A stretch of 64,000 bases of DNA from Monocercomonoides exilis PA203. Taxonomy: Eukaryota; Protista; Preaxostyla. The notes below the pieces were generated by a model. It saw only the letters and a list, made by a program, of their open reading frames with translations, was not told the origin of the DNA and made no database searches. Positions 1 to 13,600 of the stretch are shown in pieces. Position numbers and translations under genes: made by a program. Position 1 is the stretch's first letter; the number at the start of each line of letters is the position of its first letter. The stretch is taken from the NCBI GenBank assembly GCA_001643675.2, contig LSRY02000014.1, forward strand, positions 124,001 through 188,000. Reading direction: 5' to 3'.

Positions 1-260
1 AAAGCTTCTCTTCTTCAATCATTTTGTCTATTTTTTCAAACAGCTTTGCCTTAAAAATGAATTTAAATTCATACCCATTCATTTCATCAACCATTTCATT
101 CATTTCTTCAATTTTCTTTCTTTGTTCATCTTCATTGCAGTGTTCAAATTCACAAAACAATTCTGAAATAAAAAATTAAGAAATACAATCAACAAGAATT
201 CTGTGAAACAATGATTGCAAACCTGTGAACTTTTTTGAGTTATCTGTCTCCTATATATAT
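1..260 (-). pseudogene. 5' part of lineage-specific helical-protein family member (copy 1), runs off window start
   Basis: Manual translation gives KKFT|ELFCEFEHCNEDEQRKKIEEMNEMVDEM...KLFEKIDKMIEEEKL, matching the copies at 3543, 8287 and 31078. It needs a 1-nt frameshift in a T-run near 50-57 (real lesion or homopolymer error). Confidence 0.7.
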
Positions 261-1552
261 GTATTTTTTTTTAAAAAATTGCACAAGAAAGAAACAATTT
301 TTATATTTTCATTGAAAGTTTATACGATTGGACAGTAGAAACAGATGTAAATAAAAGCTCAAAAAAGCTTTTAAAAAATGTGCGTTCATACTGCATTTTT
401 AAGCATTTATGTTTTTTACAAAGGATTATGGAGAAAACAACGCTTTATTATTAATCTTTATTTGTAATGGATTCAATGATCTTCAGATTTGAAAGAACGG
501 AATTATCCATTCACAGAATGAGAAAACCGTGAGTGAACATTACCTGCCGAACAAGAAAAATTATTTCCTGTGATAACAACAAGAAATAGTGGAATACAAT
601 ATTTTTGGAATTCTGACCTTTGATTTTTGTCAATTGGATGGCCAAGGGGAATACAGCAATTTTATTAATAACACAAAAGACGTAATGTATGTATTTTTTA
701 TTGTTCTATTGATTGAGAAGATATTTCCGCTGCATCCTTTCCAACGTCCTGGAATATGAGTAATTATTGTTATGGAGAAAAATTGCTTTAATAATACAAA
801 TATCGGAATTAGAAGTGAAATTCTGTTTACAGCCATTCTTATGGAAAGACATTTTGTGACGTTTGCTTTGCTGATATGTTGATTTGACTCTCATGTTTTG
901 AGATAAATTGGATGAAGTCAAAAGAAAGAGAGAATTATGATCTCAACTTTTGCTAGAATTTTGAAAGCTTAACTAATTTTGTGAATGATGAATGAAGAAA
1001 AGTGAGTCAGGAAGAAGAGTCAACCTTTTCACTTGGGGTTATTTGCTCCATTCTTGGGCAATTCGTCTTTACAACTTCAAGATGAACTATTTTGAGAGGG
1101 ATTTTCTTTCTTTTCTGGTCCAGATTCAGGCAGACGATGAAGATTAACTGTCCCAACGAACGATTCTCCATTCTGCGTTGACTTTATTTTACCGGGAAAT
1201 TGCATAAATTCATTAGCCAAAGACTTTCTTATGCAAACAATACTTTCAGCAATCCTTTTTTTGTAGATTCGCTTCTTTTATCCTCGGCATCAGGGCATCC
1301 ATAGAATTTAATGAATATCCTAATGGCATTCTGCAATAGCTCCAATTGCAGCAGAAGAGTTGGACTTATCAATAGAGCCACCACTAAAAATTCCAAATGC
1401 TCCACTTACAATACAATTGATTCAGAACATGCTATCTTTTTATTTTTTTCTGGGATTTCCGTCACAAGCATAGCTTCCATCTTTTCACTTGATTCGCCTT
1501 ATTTGCAAGGCACATCAACACTGAGAATTCTTTTATTATTGTTCATTTTCCA

Positions 1553-1609
1553 CTTCTTCTTCTTCTGCTTCTTCTTCTTCTTCTTCTTCTTCTTCTTCTT
1601 CTTCTTCTT
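1553..1609. repeat. (CTT)n trinucleotide microsatellite
   Basis: Directly visible, with one interruption; explains the spurious poly-Phe ORF 1311..1700. Confidence 0.95.
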
Positions 1610-2695
1610 TATCCTTCTTATCTTCTATTCAAATGGACCTTCCTCATTAACTCATCAATTATATGTCTATCTTCTCTTTGCTTTTCCGCATCCGCATTAG
1701 CGTAGCTTTAATGACTCTTCTCCTATTTATCTCTCTTCAGCTTTTTTGGTGAAAATACATCTTTCTCACCTTCGCACTCTCCTTCTTTAAATATTCTTTA
1801 AAAGCCTCGTATTGCAGAAATTGGGCATCTTCTGTCTTTTCCTATCACCTGAAAACAATTTGCTTTCGGCTTGGACAATTAATCAATAAGAATGCGAATA
1901 TTGTGTTTTTTAAATGTCGATGAAGCTCAATTTGGAATGAATATCTACTCTCTTAAATGAGATTTTTGTTTGGCTAGCACAGTTGAATTCCCTTCGCCTT
2001 CTTCGTCTTTTTCATAGACACTTTATGCCGATCTGATTTGTTCTCTCAGTGTTGAAGAAGAGATAAGAACAGAGTTGCATTGATAGAGGTCGAGCAATCC
2101 TGGTTATAGATGCATTCAATCGACCTTTCAGATGTGCTGGAGGTTGAAGCTCCACTAAAGACAGCAGAGGCAACTGCTGATGATAGTTCCAGAAGCAGAT
2201 GGGTGCTTGTAAATCAAAAGAAGTCGTTGCTGAGAGCAATGAAAATGCCGTGGGGTTATGTTGTGATGCGAAGGGAGGTGCTGCTCGGTGATGTTGCGTG
2301 CGCTCACGATGTTGACCTTTCAGAGATGACTTCTGTTCTGTTGGTTGCACCGCTTCCATCGCATGCAGTGTTGGTTAATACTGTTTGTGAGAAAGAGGAT
2401 CTTTGCAGCAGAAGATGTGAATGCGTTTCAGAAGATCAACAATCTGTTTGACCCTTCACTGCTGATATGGTGATCGTCTCAGTTGAAATTTTGGGTTGTG
2501 AAGCTGGACGAGGAAGTAATGTGGAGAAGGGTTGCAGTGTGCGAAGTGGGGGAGATTGTGGAGAAGGAGCCGGAAGCGGTGGGGCTGAGGATGGGAGATG
2601 TGGTTCTGCTGCCTGCAGCGATTGCGCTTGTAACATTGGAGGAGCGAAAGGAGGTAGAGGAAGAAAAGAAGGAGGAGAAGAAGATGATGAAGAAA

Positions 2696-2726
<31 letters not shown>

Positions 2727-3542
2727 GGAAAATGCCAAAGAAGTTTCAAACAAAACAGTTGATTATGATCGTGATTAATATTTTTCAGGAAGTCAGCAAG
2801 CGCTTTGAAATAACAGAAAAAATGATTTTGATGAAGAAAAACTTCTATATTACTCTAAAAGTGAGTGCAAAAATAGAAATACTAATTTTTGAATTTGAAT
2901 TTGCAGTAACGTTTTAATGGAAATGTTTAATGTGAACACTGTTACTTTTTTATCTCTTTTTTGTAAAGTTCTTTGAAACGCTTAAATGCCTCTTCTTCAT
3001 GGGGTTCAGAACACTTAAAAGGAAAATTTTTTTCTTCAAATGGTTTAAGAATTCAATGTGAATTCGAAATCATGATGAAAAAATACTAACCTTTACACTT
3101 CCTCTTCGAATCGTTGGAAGCGAAAACCAGAGAATCAATCTCGAAACAAAGTCTGATTTTTCATATATTCAATATCAATAACAGAAAATCGCAACAAATT
3201 TTGAATCAAACAATTTTTCTTGCTTGCAATTCATTTATCCATTTTTTCTTTGTATTGGCGTATTTCTTAACAATTTGTTTTCTTTTGACTCCAATAAAAA
3301 AACGGTGAATATTGTTAACCAGTCGCATTTAAAAAACGACAACAAAAAATTTATCCAAAAAAAAAAAAAGTTTGTTTTCCATAGATAATGTTATGGACAT
3401 ATTATTTTCTGAGGGGAATTCACCAAAAAGCAAACTTATTTTTCTCAATCACAAAATTAAAATTACGATTTTTTCTTTTTTTAGCTCAAAAACAAATGAA
3501 GTGAAAATATCAAAAATGAAGTTTAATATAAAAACGCGCGAA

Positions 3543-4970
3543 TCAGCAAAAAGCAGCAAATTCATTAAAATTTTGATCCATAAAAATTGAATGATGCTTT
3601 CTTTTAAATTTGCTATGACAGAATTTGATGATAACATCTTCATGCCCTTCTTCCTCCATCTTTTCAAACACTTCCCTTTTCAGCTCCATTCTTTTCGCTT
3701 CTTCCGTTTTTTCTTCCTCCTTTCCTTTCAGTCGCCTTGAAATATTCATAAAAAATGTAAAGCATTCAAATGCCTTTTCATTATCTATAGTTGTTCGCTG
3801 AATCTCTTCCAAAATTGCATCAACAGCTCCACCTCTTAACAAATCCTCAACTTTCACGCATCCGCTCTCTGATGCTATTTTAAATAAATAAATGCATTTT
3901 CTGCTAATTTCTCCGCAATTCTCGTTTGTTGCTCGAAACACTAAAACAATGCTGTTGATAAGCCCTACAAATTCTTCATTCCACAATTTGCATTTGAATA
4001 AAACAAAATTCAATGCTTCGAGCCACCTCATCAAAACAAGCTCTTCCTTCGTTTCTCTTCTTCTTTTTTTATTCTCTTCTTCTTTTCTCTTCCAATCCAT
4101 ACTCTTTGAAAGATCTCCGATTTCTCTTCTTGCTTCTCTTGCGAAATGAAGCTCATTTGTAATAACGTCTTCCAATATTTTTTCTTTGAAGAATCTTTTA
4201 CCCAAAAATTGCCAAGCAGACTGATAGGCAAGTCGTGTCAGATTCTGATGCTCCTGATTATATTCAATGATTTCTGTTATTTCAGTCAAATACAGTTTTT
4301 GATCCAATTTCTTATAAAAAAAATCAAAAAATAATCAATTTATGAAGCAATGACAATTCAATTATCAATAAATAAATAAATCACACGTCCGACTGTTCAA
4401 TATTGCTCAAAGCCAACAACGCAACTTCCACTTCTTTCTTAGTTTCCTCGCTTTCCTCTTTCTTCAATCCAACTTTCAGAATACAAGGCACACAGATCAA
4501 TAAAAATTCTGAAGAAAATCTGTTGTTAAGCAAAAGATAGCATTCGCAAAGATCTATTAGCAGCTTTTTATTCTTTTCTTTCTTTTTCTTATTTTCTTCA
4601 ATAATCATCTTTTCAAATTTTTTGCTCAATGGATATTTTTCAAATCCATCAACACACACAAATCTCAACGCTTTCCAATATCCAATGTGTTTCACTATCA
4701 AAACTGAATCTTTCAAAGAAACTTTCTTATCTTCAATTATTTTGTATATTTCATCATATAGTTCTTTTGTGAAAACGGATTCAAATTCTTCTTCATTCAC
4801 AATGCCAATGAGTTCAATCATTTTTTCAATTTTATGTTTCTGTTCATCGTCATTGCAATCTTCTAGTTTAAAAAATAAATCTTCAAAATGCATTCAAAAT
4901 TCTAAAATTAATTCTTTATTATAAAATCCACATAAAAGAGAAAACTTGAAAACTTCTCGGTTTGAGTCAT
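3543..4970 (-). CDS. Lineage-specific helical (ARM-like) protein family, copy 2, 3 exons, apparently intact
   Basis: ATG 4970 (MTQTEKFS), GT-AG introns join ORFs 4381..4893 and 3543..4307 in frame. Family motifs LLIDLCECYL, KEVEVALLALSNI, NLTRLAYQSAWQFL, NELHFARE, KMEEEG. Confidence 0.85.
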
Positions 4971-6691
4971 AATCTCAAGTTCATCTTCAGGCTTATCATT
5001 ATCGTATAGGCTCATTCCGTTTGTTACGTTAAATGATAAATATATTCAAAACAATTCTTCAATCAACAAAAAAATCGATAAATATAAGTATCATTTAAAA
5101 TCTTACAAGATTCCAATGTAACAATTCGGCACAAACAGTTTTTGTAAATTTTTTTTCAATGGATAAGCAAAGCTCTGCTAAAATGAGCTTTGAATGGAGA
5201 ATCTATTAATTTTTTTTGATCGAACCATCAAAAAATAGTTAGAAAGAAATTGATTTTCCTTTTCTTGATTCACAACATTTGAAAAAGAAAATACCAACTG
5301 AAATTGGAATTAAATTAAATTGCAACGAAGAAGAGGAATTCATATCTTTGAGAAAAGGAAAACAGGCTAAAAAACAAATTCTAGAAAAGAAAAAATATAT
5401 TTCTCATTTTGATATTTCAATTCACACTGAAATTAGAGTAAATAATGTTTGCATTCCTTCAGTTTGTTAATTATTCTTAACTTGTACTCTTTTTCACTTT
5501 TATTCTGGATGGCTCGTGGAATTGTCGAAGAGGAAAGAATATGAAAATCAGGTGGGGTTGACAAACCAAAAGTCTCTGACAATTGCTTTAAAAAAAAAAG
5601 ACGAATATGAAACAAACTAACTGGAAGAAAGAACAAGGGGAAATGCATCGTTACATTAGCGGTAAAAAGAATTGGGAAATGAACAAAACATGAATATCTT
5701 GAGAGACAATCCCCAACTACAAAATTCCATTTCAAGTTATTTTTGTTTTGACGCAGACGAAGAAGAAGCGGATCCTCATTTTTTTATTGTTTATTATTGA
5801 GCACATTAGAAAAAAAAAGGCATTTTTGCTTAATAAAACTAGTTTGAAAAAAGTTACACCAAAATAACTTTTTGCTGAGAAAGATTTTGGAAGCGCACAA
5901 GTGTGTTTCAATTTCTTATTTGGATGAAAACAATCTGAAGGATTCAATTAAGGGAATTCATCCATAGCTTTGATTTCATTCAATCAAAATGAAGAGAGTA
6001 ACGAATTCATTGATTCTTGCTCTGATAACACTGTTCCAATGCAATTCCATTTGTAACCCAGATGATCTTTTTAATTCATGCATTAATATTTCAGAGGAAT
6101 AGAAGAAATGCATCTTGTTCACTCCTTTATCCACGGTTTTTTCTGTTTCCAACAACATTTTCCAAAGCAAAAGACTTCTTCTCTGTATCTTTTTTTAAAT
6201 CTCTTGACGTTGAAACTTCCTCATCGTCGCATTCTTCTACAAGCAACATTCCAATCACATCTTCTTCAGACACAACAGTTCAATTTGCTGATGAATCGTC
6301 TTTTAGTTCTTCTTTATTCGATTTCCCCTTTGTAGCTTTGAATTCTGTCAGGCAAATGCATCCTTTACATTTTTATTATAATAACAGGTAAATATTTTCA
6401 TCTAATTCTTCCTGTACTTCTGCTCCGTCTCACATTCTTTTTCAATTTCATTATCTCCATTCAAACCTAACATTTATAGAGTCTCAATACAGTTCTTTTC
6501 CTTTCCCTTCCCCTTCTTCTTTTGTTCTCGTTCGTTTCCTTCCTCTGCAGTTCTGCTTATGTAACAAATGTCTCCCCTATCCTGCATCTGATCGAAGCAT
6601 TCTTTTTCTCTTCTTGCTCAAATGCCATTGTCTCCTGCAGACAAACAATTGAATTCTCAGTCTCATTGCATATGCAACCACGAGCTTTGGA

Positions 6692-6693
<2 letters not shown>

Positions 6694-6735
<42 letters not shown>
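6694..6735. repeat. (CA)21 microsatellite
   Basis: Directly visible. Confidence 0.95.
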
Positions 6736-6739
<4 letters not shown>

Positions 6740-8286
6740 TCACTGTTCTAACAATTACTACAACGCTCCAAGAAAACAAACGAGTCCAAGGCACGTCAGC
6801 AGACTTGCTGATTCCGAACAGCAGTATGAATATGATCAACACCTTAGAATGTTGCTGATTGAAAGCAAGATAAAAGGAACTCTCTTTGCAAAATATTTCT
6901 TCAAAGAATCGTTACAAAATAAATGCTGTCCAATATCATATTAATCGGAAATTTTAGAGATATCTTCTCCAGACATCCCCTGCCTCCACCCCCATTTGAG
7001 AAATCATGTTCATCTTTACTAATTTTCATCAACGATTCAGAGTGGTTTAAGAAAACAATTCAATCCAAATAAATCAAATCTGAAACTAATATTATAGAAA
7101 TCCTGAGATTGTTGGACTTAAAGAGGGAGGTTACGAACATTCTGAATATTCAGAAATTGATTATTGTGCTGGGAGAAAAAGCAAATTTCGAACAATAGCC
7201 TCCTCGCTTCCTCAGTCAACAGGCATTTTGAAGAAGAAAATGCACATTCGACTGATCTTCATTTCATTTTGTTTCCAACAGCCATTTGATGTAAAATGAT
7301 TTGTTGTGGATGGTTCTCCTTGTTTTTGTTCAAAAAAGAAACCAAAAACTGTCAAGCCTCACTCAACAATAATCACGCGAAAAAAGAATCACTTTCTTCA
7401 AAATGCAAAAAAGACAGAAGATTGTTCAATCTGTAATTCCCAAAGTCGAGCACTTCATTGCTTTTTTTCGAGATAAATATCCCTTCCTCGATCTATTCAA
7501 TCTCTTTCATTGTCAAAAAAATATCTCAATCTGTTCTTATGTCTTATTTGAAAAAATGATGCTCAATTTAGTTCATTCTTTTTTTTTTTCATAACATTTC
7601 ATCTTTTCTGCTTTGCTATTCTCTTTATTCATTGGATTAATTTCCTTCATTTCTTTCAACAAATTTTGAAGATTATGCAAAAACTACTCACTTGTTTCTC
7701 TGCGTTCATTGTGCTATTATATTCAGCTCTCTTTCTTCAAATCAACAACATAAACCAAACAATCCATTTCAAATTGTCAATCATTTTTCTGAGCTTTGAA
7801 AGCCAAGGGTTGGAAAAATCTTCAAAAATGAAGAAGAACAATTAAAATGAGCGTATCAAGTTGCTCATTTTCGAAATTAAAAAAGACTGTTATTCCTTTG
7901 TTGAACAAATGATAATTATTGACTCTCAAATACTCCGAATTCAATGAACCACATTCAAGCCTAATTCACCCCAGGACAGTATCACTTTCCATTTAACTTT
8001 TTGTATTTGCAAATCTTCCTTTATTGTGTTGACTGATTATTTTCAATCACAAATGATCATTTGATCAGAACCTTTTTTGTAATCAAAAAGAAGATAAAGA
8101 ATTGTTTATTTTCAGAATACTTCGTGATAAATGCCTACACAAGAAAAATTAGTGTGAATGCAGATATTTTCATGGTTGTTTTAAGTTTAAATTTGCTCCA
8201 ATTTCTTCAATCTGATGATATGAACATTCAATGTGAATTACGAATTTTCATTGTTTTATGAACATATTGCTTTATTAAAATACAGG

Positions 8287-9687
8287 AGATATCTGTCAGA
8301 GATAAATTCATTCGCATGCAGTCATAATTTCATTTGAATTCTTGGTGATTGAATTTCTTTCTTTATTATTCAGAATTAATCTCTGAACTTGAACTTTGTG
8401 ATGAGGACGGGCAAAAACAGAAAATCATTGAAATGAATGGATTGATAGATGAAATGGATAAAGATAAATATAAATCCATTTTTTCAAAAGATTTGATGTA
8501 CAGAATAAACAAAATGATTGAAGAAGAGAAAATATCAATGGAAAATGCAATTTTGTATCTGAAACATGTTGGATATTACACTGTGTTGAGAAGAATTTGG
8601 ACTTGTGGTTTTATATATTCATCTTTTAACAAAAGATGTGAAAAGATGATGGTTGAAGAAGAAAAGAAGAAAGATGGAAAGAACGAAAAGCTTCTGGCTG
8701 ATCTTTGCGAATGCTATCTTACACTAAATCTCTTCACTTTATCAGAATTTCGTTCGATTTGTGTGCCTTGCCTATTGAAAGTTGCCCTGGATAAAGAGGA
8801 AAACGATGAAGCACAAAAAGAAGTGGAAATGGCTTTGTTGGTTTTAAGCAACACTCATGGTAATTATGTATGACACTTCTTTCTCATTTTTAACGCTCTT
8901 TATTTCTTTCTTGTTATATTTTTAAGTTTATGAACAAAGAACTGTAACTGAATGAAATCAAAGAAATCATCAAATATCATCAGGAGCATCACAACCTTTC
9001 ACATCTTGGTTATCAAACGGCTTGGGAGTTTTTGATAAACAGATTACACAAAGATAAAAGTTTGGAAGAAGTTATTGTGAATGAGCTTCATTTTGCAAGG
9101 GAATCAGCAAGAGAACTGAAAGAGCTGGTGAAATGTGTGGATTGGAAGAGAGAGAAAGAGAGGAAGGAGGCAAAGAAACGATGGAAGAATGTGTTTTGAT
9201 GAGATGGTGCAATACATTTTTTGCTTTCTTCGACTCATGCGCATTGTGGAACGAAGAATTTATTGGTCTTTTCAGCAGCATTGCGAATGTATTTCGAGCA
9301 GGGAAGGATAATTACCCAGGAATTAGTTTCCAATTCTTTACAGCATTAAAAAAATTGGTGTGCAACAAGACAGTAAAAGTTGATGATTTGTTGAAAAGCG
9401 GAGCTTTTGATGTTATTTTGGAGATATTAAACCAATTTGATGCAGATAATGAATTTAGTATAGGTTCTGCAATTTTTTTCAAGAATATTTGTGAAAAATC
9501 GAATAGTAAGAATGAAAAGGAAAACGATGAATCAAAAAGAAAAGAGATAAAAAGAAAGATATTTGTAAAAATGGAAGAAGAAGGATATGAAGATTGCATT
9601 ATTGGGCTTTCTTATTTCTTTTTAAGAGAAATGTTTGTTGGAGATATTTTCACTAAGAACTTAGAAGATTTATTTGTTTATTGCTAA
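8287..9687 (+). pseudogene. Lineage-specific helical protein family, copy 3, disrupted
   Basis: Same motifs and intron positions as copy 2. In-frame TAA at 8945-8947 (KEL*LNEIKEII where copy 2 has KLYLTEITEII) and a frameshift in the purine run at ~9145-9180. Confidence 0.85.
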
Positions 9688-10614
9688 AAAATGTTTACTT
9701 ATTTGTTTCCTTTCGTTTCACCGTTTTTTGAGCAAAGCATTTGCTCCATTTTTTCTGTGTTCGAGAATAATTTGCTTTTCTTTTTAAAATACACCTACGT
9801 TTAATAGGGTGTATATTATTTCTTGACCTCAAAAAATTTATCTCAACTCTTTTTCCTTGAAACTTATTTTTGCTTTTTAAAAGCAAACAAATACTAAAGT
9901 CAAAAAATAAATAAATAGCCTTTTTAACTGACATTTTTCACAGCGTTCTAAAATAGATTTTTCGAAATTTTTATTTTCAAAAAATCAATCATCTTTTTCG
10001 TTTTTTTAATCCAGATCAAAGACTTGATGGCTATGAATTATATATTTTCCATAGAATGTTCGAAGCCACAATGTCAAAATTCTTCATTCTTATATATGTT
10101 TATTTGAGAAGAGTGTATTCACCTTAAAATAGTTGCTTCAAAAAGAATAGCATATTTTGTTAAATTTTCTTGCTTTATTGAATTTTCATGTATTTCATTA
10201 AAAATATTAATTTACAAGAACTATGAGTTACTGAACGTGAACTCTTGAATCTTTTGTTCTTGGCTGTTATTCTATAGATACAAAAAACCTTTGAACTTAT
10301 ACAGAGTTAACATCAAAAAGAATGAATACAAAAAAAGGGTATTGAGATTTGCGAAATGCGAAATCAAAACAATAACGTATTATTACAGAAATAATTTTGG
10401 ATTTATAAATAATAGAAATATTAACGAGATATAACATTACACTCAAATAAGAAAGATATGTTACTTGATTGAAGCGAAGCTCTTGGTAAAACAAAATTAA
10501 AAATAAAGCTGGAAAGTTCAGAAAATTAACTGAAAATGAAGTAGTGTGTGTGTGTGTGTGTACAGTAAGAGCAAAACAGTTAGAGAGAAGTCAAAATAAA
10601 GCCAAGTCATAACG

Positions 10615-13600
10615 TTACATCGACAAAGGATCAAAGACGACAGAAGAATCGTCCTGTCCTTCTGTGAACAATGTCTTCGTAATAGACGACTGAGAAGGTG
10701 CTGCTGCCAATGCTGCTGGCTGCTTTGGCGGATACTTCTTTTTCGGAGCTGCAGAAGACGACGGTTCTGTTGGAGAGCTCGGAGAATCCGGCAGAACTTC
10801 GCCAAACAAACCCAGTTTCACTGCTTTCTTCTTAATCGAAGGAGAAAACAGACTGTCAACAGGCTCATCGCCATCTTCACTGCCCAGTCCAAATGAAATA
10901 CCTGACGATTTTGCACCAGAAGAAGAAGAGGAAGAAGATGAAACAGAAAACGGACCACTCAAAAGAGAAGATGAAGAAGAGTTCAGAACATCTGAAAAGC
11001 CAGAAGATGCTGTTGATTTTGACGAGGCGCTTTCTTTCTCTTCTGCTTTCATCATCAGCTCCAGCGGCGACGCAAGCACGATGGCCTTCGGCGCCTGAGT
11101 GAAGAGCTTTGACATGTCATTTATATCTGAGCCAGACTTCTTCGATGCTTTTGACAGCTTCTTTGACTGCTCATAGTCGCCTTTCCCTTTCGCACCTGCT
11201 CCACTTTGTGCTCCTTTTGCTCCATTTCCACTCGCTCCACTGTCATTTGCCTCGTTCTGAGTCGAACCATCATTCACATCATCTTCCTCCTCTTCATCAT
11301 CAATAACCATTTCTGCTCTGCTGATCCGCTTTCCTTTCTTGTCAAAGCGGACAAACGGAGAAATAGAAGGTGGGTGTGGAGCACTTCTGCGAGCACCATC
11401 TGCTCCTTTGCTGTCATCTGCACCGGACGAGGAAGAAGATGATGAATATGACGAACCAGAAGAATAATCAGACGAAAGTTCAGTCCCACTGGAAGAGCCA
11501 CTGCCACTTTCCGAGTCATCTTCTCCATTTTCACTGCCATCTTCAGAAGATTCCCCATCCATCTCTTCTTTCCCTTCTTCAGATCTCCTTCCTCCCTTCC
11601 TTTTAGCACCAGCGTGTTCGTTTTCATCCTCCTCATCGCTGCTACTGCTGCTGTCGCTGTCTTCTTCATTCACCTGAGTCCCACTGATGAATGCATTCAG
11701 TATCGACTTCATGACAGAAAGAGGGCCAGTCGCCTTTCGCTGTGTTTGCGTCATCATCTCGCTGATTTCAGCCGCTTCGTCGAGACTTCCGTCTGAATGT
11801 GTGAAGCGTGTGGCATTTGACATTGCTGTCATTGGAGAAGCACCTTCTTTCTGCTCATCCGCCATCGCTGGGAGCTGCCCTGTCCTCACCACAGACGAAG
11901 CAGAGAGTGAATACATCGAAGGCGAGCTCTTAGTAGAAGCAGCAGCGGAGGAGGCAGAAGGAGAGCTGCTCGGAGGCGGCGACAGCACAACACTCTTTCC
12001 CAGCGCTTTCTGTGCGCCTTTCTGGACGATCGAGATGATCTTCACTCTTTTGTGCTCTTTGGTGTACTCTGTCTCTTCAGTCAGGCACAACGCTTCATAT
12101 TGCTTCTTCTTCTTCAGCAGCTGCTCCATCACTTTCATCTTCCTCTCTCTTTCTTTCCGGTCTGCCAACGACAGCTTGCCGATTTCCTCTTTCTCTGCCG
12201 TCATCAGCTTCTCTTCTTCTTCTCTCTCTTTCTCTCTTTCCTTCTCTTCCTCTTCCTCCTCTTCCTTCAGCAGCAGTTGCTCATCATGCAATGCAGCAGT
12301 CAACGTGTTCTCTTCAACGCTTGCTTCGTCACTCATCTGCGGGCCATCAACCATCTCCTCTCCATTCACTCTCGTCCCCTTCCGCACTTTCTGTATTTGC
12401 ATCTCCTTCCTCTCTCTTCTCTTCTCCTCTCTCATCCTCCTCCTCTCCTCCCTCCTCTTCTCTCTCTCTGCCCTCCTCTTCTCCTTCTCCTTCTCCCGCG
12501 CCATCAGCCACTCCACCTCCTTCATCTGCTCTGAGTGAAGTGCATCAAACGAAGGCGGAGAAGGCAGGTGGTGGTGCGTCTGCCCCAGCAGAATACGTGC
12601 TATGTTGTGCAGCTGGTTCTGACACGAGTCCACCAGCTTCAGAAGAAGAGAAATATCTGTCTCCATCCACCGCATGTCGTGCTGCCGCTCTTTCTCTGCT
12701 TCTTTCTGCTCGGCTTTCTTTTGCTTCGATGGAGCTTTTTGAATGGGCTTCTGTGCTTTGGACTCTTTTTCAGCGTCTTCAGTTTTCTCTTCTTTGACTT
12801 CGTTGTTCGTTTGGTTTTGATCTTCAGATGCATTTTCTCCTTCTTTCTTTGATTCGTCCTTTTCGTCTTCCTTTTTCTCTTTCTTGTCTTCCTTTTCTTT
12901 TTCCTTCTCATCTTTTTCTTCTTTCCCCTCTTCTTTTCCTTTTTCCTCTTCCTCCTCCTCTTCTTCCTCATCCTCCTTCCCTTCCATCAGCCTCTTCGTC
13001 TTCTCCCTCAACCTCCTCACTTTCCTCTCCTTCTCTCTCTCCTGCACTTCTGCCAGTGTCTGGTTCATCAGCGCTCTCAGCACAGTTATCCTTGAAGCAC
13101 ACTCCAAATCTGCATCTGCCGTGTCCAAAACAGTCTTCTCCAGCGAAGCTAGCGCAGGCAGCTTCATATCCACACTGTGTTCCAGCGCCAGCCGCTGTGC
13201 TTCTTCAAACGACTGGCAATGAGTGATGTTCAGAACAGCACGCGATGCCAGTGGCTTCAGCTCAGGATGACGCAGCTTCTTTTTCCCGGTGCCTGTTTTA
13301 GCCCCCTTTCTGTTCTTCTTGTGGCGTCTGTTTGCTTCTCCTTTGGAATCGTTTGTTCGCTTTGACTCGTCTGCAATTGAAGCATGTTGGATGCCAAGCT
13401 GCGCAGATGAGACAGTTGTAGTTGGCAGAATGCTCTTCCTCTTGTTCAGAATGCCTCCTTTTGTGTTGTATGGACGAGGACCCGCTGACAGAAGTGTCGA
13501 TCCAATGAGCACATTGTCTGAAATGGTGGCAGAAGGCGGAGAAGACGAAGGAGACAGCGCAGGCAGAGAAGAAGGATAGCCTCCACTTCCACTTTCAGAG

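Noticed and set aside
600-2950. Genes in the 0.6-2.9 kb region
   Set aside because: Looks like decayed coding sequence with (CTT)/(GAA) tracts and stops in all frames; no product can be supported.
5279-8261. Short ORFs at 5.3-8.2 kb
   Set aside because: No motifs or consistent exon chain; probably degraded gene relics or non-coding.
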